DNA of 64,000 nt from Ylistrum balloti (lineage: Eukaryota), in contig NW_026782351.1 in the NCBI RefSeq assembly GCF_031769215.1, forward strand, positions 1-64,000, given 5' to 3'. The first letter of the stretch is position 1; every line of letters starts with the position of its first letter. Both the position numbers and the translations under genes were made by a program. Below the pieces are notes generated by a model. The model did not search any database, was not told where the DNA came from, and worked only from the letters and a program-made list of their open reading frames with translations. This document shows, piece by piece, positions 1-10,600 of the stretch.

Positions 1-58
1 GATGTATCTATAGATAGAAAGTGTGACGATTTTATTCAGTTAGAGTTATCTCCCTTCA

Positions 59-904
59 TGTAACGTTTTGTATACGTCCTGTTTTGTATCATTCCCCACC
101 TACCTAATTATTTTAATTATCGATGATTGACTTATGTTTTCATGAAACTAGTGTTTACTAAATGTGTAATCATACCTGTATAAATAAATAAAAACATTTG
201 TCTTGCGTATTTGTGGGTTTTGGTGCTGTATTAATTGAGAAGGAAAATACTGGAGACACCCAGAATAATACATAAGATTTTATGTAAATACTGGTTGAAA
301 CCAGTAAACAAAAAGAAGATTTTGACAGACGGAAGAAGGTCGGATATATCACAGGTAATAAAGTATTATAGCACACAGTTCAATTATACTGTTACCAGAA
401 GCTCCTGAGTAAGGGGTTGCCTGAATAAGGCAGCTCTGGTAACAGTTATTGTTACGTGTGGTCGGTGCCAGTACGTTGACGTGTCAGGTACGCCAGAATC
501 TCCTGAGTACTTGGCACAACACTTTGTACTGTGATAATAACAGGACACTGGCAGGCGACGTCGGAGCTGTACGGTGGTCGGCTCAGTAATAAGGGACGTG
601 CTTGCAGTGTTGTAGTGCTGACAGTCTGTTAGTGTTGCGGTGTGTGGTAGCCTTGTTGGGCAACATACGCCTAGGCGACGTGATACGTACCGCGGACACA
701 TTGTTGGCTCGTGTATGGTGACATGGTGGACAGAGGTACTGTCCTTCTCTGTTGTAGTGTATAGATATATTGTTTATTAAATTGAGTAATTGTTCAACTG
801 CTCAGCCAGGTAGCTGAGGAATTCCAATCGCTTCCGGAGCAGGTAGCTCTGTCTAAATTGAGAGACCCGGCGTGCACGCGCGCTACCATAGGGTGCACGT
901 TACA
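59..904. mobile_element. Putative solo LTR (Ty3/gypsy-like termini) in a MICU1 intron
   Basis: 846-bp segment bounded by a perfect 7-bp inverted repeat, TGTAACG (59-65) and CGTTACA (898-904). CpG-rich relative to the flanks, with short internal direct repeats (caggtagct x2) and a hairpin at 389-445. Flanks do not form a matching TSD (cttca / aaagt). No PBS, PPT or coding remnant seen. Confidence 0.45.
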
Positions 905-990
905 AAAGTAAAGCTCTCACTAATTACTCGAGTCTCTGCCTTATTACTGCAAACAGATCATATTCCTATGAGTTCAGTGCTGACAACAAA

Positions 991-1192
991 CATCGACCAA
1001 TTATGATACTCTTTGCCTTATCTTTTTCATGACTACATGTAAATCTGTCTATAAGAAATTTACAAATGGAAATTTGTACTTTAAGAATATCATCGACCAA
1101 TTATGATACTCTTTGCCTTATCTTTTTCATGACTACATGTAAATCTGTCTATAAGAAATTTACAAATGGAAATTTGTACTTTAAGAATATCA
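991..1192. repeat. Exact 100-bp tandem duplication
   Basis: 991-1090 and 1091-1190 are identical (catcgaccaattatgatact...ttaagaatat). Confidence 0.95.
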
Positions 1193-1646
1193 GGCCCTGT
1201 ACTAATCTGAAATATAATGTATTTTGACAAAATCTGGATTGTAAAATTATTTGATGCAGGAGAATAAATTAAATTGGGTTTTTGAAATGTTGCTCTTGGG
1301 CCCCCTGGTAGCATGGTAGCATGGTGGATAGGGCAATTAGGTCAAGGTAAAGATTTTGTATATCACTTCCATATGCAGGGAAAGATTTTTAAGCCAATAA
1401 ATTTTATCTCATAGTAAAATATTTGTATATAGAGATATGTATGGATAGTTTTTGTTTGTATTATCATCATACCCAAGCTGAGCAGTGCAGGCCCTCTTTG
1501 CCTATTGTTGATATACACTGACCAACAAAAAAATCTTTAAAAAAATCACAATTTTAAGGCTAGCTTGGTGTGGCTCCTTTAACAATATGATATAAGGATA
1601 TCAGTGAAATAACAAAGTATTTACTAGCTGATGCAGTGTTTCATAC

Positions 1647-4600
1647 CTGTGGTTCCTCTTTGAACTTCTTGATAACTCTTTTCAGCATGCGTGTCTTTTT
1701 CTTATCTGGATATCCAGCATAAGTAAGAAGAATTCTTCCAAAATCTTTTTCCTGGATCTTCCCATCCTCAGGATCATAACGGTCAAACTAAACAAAGAGA
1801 TTATGTGGGTTTACTAATGTTGCTGACACTTCTTTACAATAGTAGTTATAAGTCTTTACAAAATGAACTCATCAATCTGAAACATTTTCAGAATGAAATA
1901 ATAAAAGGTATCTATAAAAATTAACATTTTTTTACCAGTGACAATAGCATCTCACTGCTGGAAGTATTACTATTTGTGTTCACATTCCATTCCAAAATCC
2001 CATCTACTTCTGTAGTACTTTATGTGTATCACATGTTTAAAATGACTTTGATATATGGTGTGCAGATCAAGACTTTGCCATGGTTCTTCAAAGCTGACAG
2101 TTGTGAGAGATGTATATACATGTATATAGATACATATATCATATATAAATATTAAGACAGCAGAGACAAAGTACACTGCAGCCAGTAGTACGACAGAAAT
2201 GTTGAATATCCTCATCTGTTTTATAGGTACAAACAATCCTGGACTAGAAAGGGTTCAAACTATCACTTGACAGAAAATCATTGCTTTTACTGAAAAAATC
2301 ACGTGTTTGAACTGCCTGCCTATTCAAATTGACCAGACTTAACTTTGATTTCTGTCTTAAAATGATGCCAAACTTTCTGTTTGTCAACCATTACGATTTT
2401 GGTAGAACTAGGGGAAAAATGTATATTAAATGAATGCATTAGAACTGTAAAATCAAGCTTTCCAGTAAGTGTTATCATACATCTTACATAAATTGCAGGT
2501 GTATTCATTACATACACCTTAATCTATGAAAAAAAAAACCTAGTGTTTGTTAAATGAAATACATGTAACTATCAAAATAGGTAGGTTGTTTGTGATAACT
2601 CATATAAATCTGTTATGTCCCCAATGCCCAGGGCTACCTGTAAGAGGCCTAGTCTATTGTCTACTATATGTATATACTGTCTCCCCGGAACCTGCAGGTT
2701 GGAAGGGATTAGTGGTCGTGACATGACACTAATTGTTAATTGGGTTGTATTTTTACCTGGATAAGTCTGATGACCATTATTACCCATATTACATAAATGA
2801 CTACTATCCTCTCATTTTCACTAAGATTTGACAAAATGTGACATTGGCAACTGCTGGTGTGAACCTGTGAAGCACTGTAGGACACTTCCATCCATGAAGA
2901 GTATTTGGTACTACTTTATCTACCTATTGAGAAGATGATTTTTGAAATTTCAGTTAATTTGAACCATTTTTGGACCTGCCAATCAGCCCTAATGGGTCAG
3001 TCGAGGTCAATAAATATATCTCCTAAAACTAATTCTAACCAAATTTAAACGATTTCAAATAGAAAATAAACAAATTATGTTAAAAATATAATTTTTCTTT
3101 ATAACTATTTGACTTTTTCATATATTAAATCACAGTAAACTCCCCAGGGAAAATGTGAGACCCTGGGTTGATGAATTTTACAATTTTGGTTTGGCCTCTG
3201 AAGGCCTTTCCATCAATTAAGAATAGTTGATTCCACCATGCCTTGAAGATTTCAATCAATTTCACTATTTTTGTATAACATTTGCTTGTCTCATAGCCAT
3301 TGCATGCATGCTTAACAATGTTTTGAAAGATTGTTTATAGCATACATATGCTGCTAGGGGTGTGGGAAACTTTTAACCAATCAGAGAGCTAAGATTGGTA
3401 GTAACATCTACTTCTTGGGGCTGTGTCGACAGGCTATAACTTCATCCATCCTATCTGAAAATTAAATACCCAATAAAGGCTCCTGAAATATCAAAAGAAT
3501 GAACATGTTTAACAAAATCAATATGGCATGGCCACTCATTTAAGATCCTTTATGTACATCAGTGAGGTGTTCACTTGCCTCGATTCTGAGCACTTCATTT
3601 TGAACCTGTTGTTGGAAGGCAAGAAACACTGGTACGGTCAGCTTCTTTTTTCCCTCTGGTCCAAAAAAGTAGGTGACCAAAGCTGAGCTCACACCCTTCA
3701 TGACATTCCCAGTTACAGCATGGTCACGGTGACGCATGCCTATGCTAGTCTGGTTACGGATTATCTGATGGACCTGGAAATTCAAAATTGTACAATCCTT
3801 TAATATCGACAAGTAGAGGTCACAGACTGATCCAAACAAGTGGTTGCATTGTGTATCAGTATCTAATGATTCTCCAAGTTTCTTAACATAGTTTCAGAGG
3901 TTTTAAATCTTGGTTTATGTTCAAAACAAAAACAAAACAAAAAAAAATCCTCAAAGAAAAATAATTTTACTGAAGGTTTTCCTTGTTTGCTAATCATGTA
4001 TTTGGTCATATTAATGACAAAAGATGTTAAAATACTGATTGGTAAATGAAGGAATAATGTTTTATGTTACATATATGTTGTGTCCGATATGTTTATGCAT
4101 ATTTCACCCAGTCTGTTTCTTATGTTACTTACAGCAATGAACATGATAGTTGTTAGAATAAATTGTGTGGAAGATAAGCAAATACTTAAAGACTACAGGC
4201 ATTAAAGATGTTTTCAAAAATAAGTTTTTTTAAAATAAAAAGTTTCAGTTATGCTCCAGACATGAAATTTTAATAAAGAACCATAACTGTGATTATGGGG
4301 TTGCAGGCCCTGACTTCAGAGACATGTATCTATGACATCATGTCAAAACAACATGAATAGTTACTAGGCAGTCATAGAGATTATATAATAAGATCAATGT
4401 ACATGCCAAGGTTCACCATCCTAGTTTCAACGCAAGCCAGACACAAAATTTTAACAAAGGGCAATAACTCTGTAGTGCAAACACATAAATGGCCAAGTAT
4501 GTCAGAAATTCTGTATATCAACCTTGTGAAATTCCTCAACATCCACATTGCCATCTCCATCTAGATCAAACATGCGGAAAGCAATTTGAAAATTCCTGGG

Positions 4601-7600
4601 CGGTGCTGTAATCAGAAAATATTCTAACTATATTGTAAGCAAGGATTTTACATCATACAAATATACATCACATTATCAGTAATGCAGTTACATTTGTTTG
4701 CGACACATTCATTAACCTTGAAATACATTGGGTATACTGTGGAGTCTTATTGCCCTCGAAAGATTTATAATTGCCAAATGTGATCTGTGTTTCAACAGAT
4801 GATGCATGGCTTTCAAACTCTTTCTTGTATCTGTTCACCCACACTACATTCGTTGTTCATGAATTTAAAAACTTACTAGAAGCTGTGTACAGAGAAGTAT
4901 TGAGGTATGGTGATGACCTATTGTATGTCAGTCTATCATACCTACAGCTATGTACTAGAGAGGTATGGTGATATTCTACAGTAATTTCGTCTATCATTCC
5001 TTTTGCTGTGTACAGAGAAGTATTGAGGTATGGGAATGGTCTTTGTAATCTCATATTATTGATAATTTACTTACTTGACAAGACAGTAAGAAGGAATATG
5101 TAGTCAGAGAAGGAAATGAGGCCACTCTCCCCAAGCTGATAGAAGATGCTATCCTCTCCCATCTTCCATTCTGCTTTGTTGTGCTGGATATATCAAACAA
5201 AACATCAATAAGGAGCTCAAGTTAACACTAAAAGCCAGAACCACACATTCTAGTTTTACTGGATTTTCAGCATTATTCCAAAATCAAACTTCATTTAATT
5301 CTGAATTAAGCAGAAGTCTTGAATATGATAATGTGGAGAGGATGTAACATATAGCTTACCAGGTGAAAAATTATTTCATATTTCTCATTACTTGAGTCTA
5401 ATAATAATAATAAAAAAAATGTAAATAAATAAAATCATTTATGACATTATCACCCAGTCCTCTTTCTTGCACCTGTTGTTTTGGTGATGATTAGTTAAAA
5501 TACAGCAATACAACACTCTGTATGACAAACAATTTTCATGTCAAACAGATAGGTGAGGATTTGAGTGAGGGAAATATTTATAAGAAACAGTTATAACTTG
5601 TATTATGACACATGACTTTATGGAGGAGTCAGTATCAGTATGGTTTTCCCTATTTTGTTAACAAGGAACTGCGGTATAAAAAATCTGTATCACACATCAC
5701 ACAAAATTAATGGCTAGAGTACTACAAATGTTCTGATACGATACAATGTATGTAAATGTTACAGACAGTTCTTATAAAACAGGATAATAAAGAATTTAAC
5801 CGGACATATAATGTCATCTGGTAGTAATTGGGGAGAAGGTAAACACGAAGGGCAGTGAAGATTCAATCTGTAGGGCAGTGCAAATTAGGTATAACAATGA
5901 TAGAAAGAATCAAAGATGAAGGATAGAGAAGTCATTGTCTATACAAATGATAGTAGTCAGTCAGGTGAGATTTTGTGTTCGAAAGAGACTTGAAGTGTTT
6001 TGAATAAAAACTACAGTAGTTAATGTCTTGAAGTAGTCTAGAGAAGTGAGTGACTGAGAGAGGACTACAGTGGTTAATGTCTAGGTGTAGTCTTGAGGAG
6101 TAAGTGACTGAGAGAGGACTACAGTGGTTAATGTCTAGGTGTAGTCTTGAGGAGTGAGTGACTGAGAGAGGACTGCAGTGGAGTTAGAATCTGAGAGAGG
6201 ACACTGCAGTGGTTAATGTCTGGGTGTAGTCTAGAGGAGTAAGTGACTGAGAGAAGACTGCAGTGGAGTTAGAATCTGAGAGAGGACTGCAGTGGTTAAT
6301 GTCTGGGTGTAGTCTAGTGGAGTGAGTGAATGAGAGAGGACTGCAGTGGTTAGTGTCTGGGTGTAGTCTAGAGGAGTAATTGACTGAGAGAGGACTGCAG
6401 CGGAGTTAGAATCTGAGAGAGGACTGCAGTGGTTAAGTGTCTGGGGTATTCTAGAGGAGTGAGTCACCGAGAGAGGACTGCAGTGGTTAGTGTCTAGGTG
6501 TAGTCTAGTGAACTGAGCAACCGAGAGAGGACTACAGTAGTTAGTGTCTGGGGGTATTCTAGAGGAGTGAGTCACCATGAGAGAGGACTGCAGTGGTTAG
6601 TGTCTTGGGGTATTCTAGAGGAGCGAGTCACCAAGAGATCTGCAGTGGTAAGTGTCTAGGGGTATTCTAGAGGAGTGAGTCACCAAGTGGACTGCAGTGG
6701 TTAGTGTCTAGGGGTATTCTAGAGGAGTCAGCTACTGAGAGAGGACTGCAGTGGTAAGTATCTGGGTGTAGTCTAGAGGAGTGAGTCACTGAGAGAGGAC
6801 TGCAGTGAAGTAAGAGTCTAAGAGGGAACTGTTGTGGTTAGTGTCTTGGGTTGGTCTAAGGAAGTGAGAGTCAGAGAGGACTGCAGTGGTTAATGTTTAG
6901 GGTTAGTTTATAGAAGTGAGAGAGAGAACTGAAGTGTCTGGGGTAGTCTAGAGAGGCAAGTCTGCAAAAGGACTACAGCAGTTCATCTGGAGGTAGTCTA
7001 AAGAAGTGAGTAACTGAGAGAGGACTGCAGTAGTTAGTGTCTGGGGAGAGTCGAGAGAAGGGAGAGGATGTTGATTTATGAGGGTTGTCAAGAAGGGTGA
7101 GAGTATGAGAAAGGACTGCTTTAGTTAGAGTTTTGGGATAGTCTAAAAAAGTGAGTGACTGACTGAGATAGGACTGCTGTGGTTTTTGTCAGGGGGTAGT
7201 CTAGAGAAGTGAGTCAAAGATGACTTTTGTGGTGTAGTGTCAGGGGCTAGTGAATACAAGTGTCTGAAAGAGAATAGTGAAATTGTGACTTTATGAGTGT
7301 TAGAATCTATAGATATTTCTCTCAATATATACCATATGTTCACTGTGTCAAAGATATAGGGAAGAAGATCAGAGAATACCTGATACCTGTGATCTCTTTG
7401 ATACAAAATAAAAGTATGAAATGTAAACATAAAACAGCATGATGGAATAATCAATTGCATTTGATTGGACTATAAACAGGCAATTAAAAAAAACCGCTAT
7501 CAACCTTGAAAGTTTTTCAAGAACAATAAAAATGTCTTAATGTGAACTTTTAGATTTCACCATGATTATATCAGATATATTTCTGTGGTGCAAATAAAAC

Positions 7601-10600
7601 AGGTAGACCCGAGTAGATTGCATTATTTCTGGATGACTAGTGTAAGTGTCTGTGTAGTCTGTTGATAAGGTTTAGTTTTAATAGTACATGTTACAAGACA
7701 CAGGTAAGATACTGATATGTAGGGGGCAGAATAAAAGAGTAAAGAACAGTCAAAAAAATGACTTTAACAAAGACATCAAACGTTGGGAAAGTCAAAGAAG
7801 GGTCTGTATACAATACTGGGTAGTCTAGAGGATATACAGCCAATGAAAAACAAAAAATCTTTATTCATTCAAACTGCTAGGGTATACTAAATTGTTACTG
7901 TGGTATTTCAAATTCTATACAAATTAAGAATGAATGTTGAACAATTTGAGAGCTATATGTGGCAAATACTGTTTCGTATCTACCATATTGTATATATCAT
8001 GAATGACTTACTGTAGGAAAAGAATTCTTTAAATATCAATGGTAGAAATGAAGACAGTTGAATTCTTTTTATTTCCCATTAATCATATGCAATCAAATAC
8101 AGATTCTTATCATCTATCTTATCCAATGGTCAGTCAGTCAAGATTTTACAGTGATAATTGTAATACAAGGAACACTTTATTTACATACTGAAAAGATGGA
8201 TCTTGTGTATGTAATTAATTCCCTTTAATAATAAAAGCAAACAACAAACCTGTCACTCAATCTAAATCTAAGGATGTATTTCATTCAAATAAACCAGGTA
8301 ATTTTTTAAACCTGGAGTATTAGTGGGGAGAAAAAAGGAAAAATATATGTACACCTTCATAAATAACTGTTTACATAATGCTTTACACGAGAAGTAGACA
8401 ATATCAAATTCAATTGGAAGACATTAACAAGAAGAAATGAAAACACACTTTTAAAAATAAATTGAATGGATTATATCCTCATCGACTTAAAAAATGAGAT
8501 CTGCCTACTTAGGAGGGATCTTAACACTTGTTAAGGAAATCAAATGACTCCCGTTTTGGAAAGTAAGGATAATTACCACTGTACAATTACATACTTATCA
8601 ATAGTTTAGAATAACACTCTATGTCTCTAATGAGAAAAAATATATTTTAAAAATGTGCAAGCATGCAATAAGTTGTGAAAAAGGAATGACAGAAACTTTC
8701 AAACACCAACAATCAATGAAATTTGCTTAAAATAAAAAAAAAGAGAAAATTGTACAGAAAATCTCATACCGTTTATTCAAAACAATTTACTATTGGCTAG
8801 TTGTAGCCAGAAAAAAGTAGATTTTTTCTCTAAGCTTTGTCAATTAAAGAGATATTCAATTCAATAATGAAACTAACCTGTTACATATTATAGAAAAATC
8901 TGTCATCCCAGGTTGTAAAGACTCATGGCAAACCGTGCTGTCTACGAAGTTGTATAACTGTACTTATTAACCAAAATGTATCCTCTTTTGTCCCATTGTA
9001 CATCATATTGACATTTAAGGATGTAGAAACCAAAGAAAGGGTGAGTTAGGAAAGAGGGAAGGCTTGTGGGTGATTTAGAGGTAAGATATGTAGGTCATGG
9101 TGAGCAGTGTACTAGATATGCCCCAGTAATGCTTATAAGTTTGGCAAAGGAACTTCTCAAAGTGGTAAAGGTTTCATAGAAAAACATTATATGTCCATAA
9201 TTTGTTTGAAATTTTACACAAACATTTCTCTCACCATCCATAATAATTACATGTACAAGAAATGACATGACAGATAGTTAGGTATAATCATTCATCCTTA
9301 TTTTTTGTAAACTACAGCATCTTTATTTATTTTCCTTTTTAAAAAAAATCAGACACATCAATAGTAAAATAAAACTCAGTAAAATTCAAGAGGTTATGCC
9401 AGGTATGTAGTGTATTTATAGCCATGTAATCTAAAATTTAACTGATCAAATCAGAATACTTACTGAATTTTTAATGAATAAAAGATATAACAGGTCACAT
9501 GACTTGTTTAGAAAATGACAAAGTAATATAGACCTCCAATGAATTGTCATTCTGGTAGAAAATCTTTAATTGTATACGTGTGTATTGTAAACCATATAAC
9601 CAAGTCATCACATGTACATGTTAAATGATACAGCATATAGTGTTCTTTCTGACATAATATTTCATATGTGTTAAAAGTATGTAATTCTGATTAATAATTA
9701 AACAACAAAATCAATACTAGTAACAGGTCAATAATCTAATGCTGCAAGAAGAAAATAGAACTTCACCAGTTAAAAAGAAAATGTGAGGAACACAACTGGA
9801 TTAGCCAAGTATTCTTTTCTTTTTAGTAGGCTATAGAATCATTAACAGTGTCAACAACTCACCTTTGACCCCTAAAGGAATCAACAAAACAGAACAATAT
9901 GTCAATCTAAATTGCACTTCTATTCAAATATATATTTTAAATGTTGATATGATCAGTTATAGTCGTAACTCATAATTCAACCTCTTCTCAGCAGCAGTGC
10001 TGCTAGTCCTCTTAGTTGGGTATAAAACAGACAAATACAAGTCCTTTATCAAAACAAAAACTTCCAGGAATGGTACTGAGGTTTGACATCTTTGTTATTA
10101 TTAACAACATTTTGGAGGGGGGGTTGGTATTTTTGGGATTGGGTGGGGAATAATATGCATGCATTTTGCAAGCACAAGATTAATTCATTAAAATTTGATA
10201 ATTTCACTTGTCACTGTATTTTACAGTGATAAATACATTTATGAAATTGAAAACATGTTACAGTTTAACAAGCACATCCCTTTTTATGACCTTGACCTTG
10301 TGCAATGTTTCAGAAGAAATTGCAAGGCAAATCATTCATATATTCTATCAACTTTTTAATATTGGACTTGTATTCAAAGATTTGTCAGGATCATTCAGAC
10401 TAGCAACTGACCTTGACCCTTGGACTGAGAGTGTTATGTGGTATACAAGCTTGTGTAAACCATTATTGTTATTATTGGGAGTAGGGTAGGGATGGAGGGG
10501 TATCATAAAAGACCAGTTTTAATGGAGAGGCAACAGTTGGCTTGCACAAACATTGAGCAGTGCTTTGGAGGGTTCAAACAAACACTTTAAAAGTAGTAAA

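Noticed and set aside
6231-6578. 115-aa ORF on the minus strand
   Set aside because: Lies entirely in the 54-bp satellite.
8185-8187. 3-nt micro-exon candidate (TAT)
   Set aside because: Weak donor context; expected by chance in AT-rich DNA.
8878-8984. Exon-like segment with a GTTAGT donor in the MICU1 intron
   Set aside because: All acceptor choices tested give frameshifts or in-frame stops, and the pyrimidine tract is distant.
9464-9502. 39-nt in-frame exon candidate in the MICU1 intron
   Set aside because: AAG acceptor, intron-like composition and hydrophobic random-looking peptide; too weak without RNA data.
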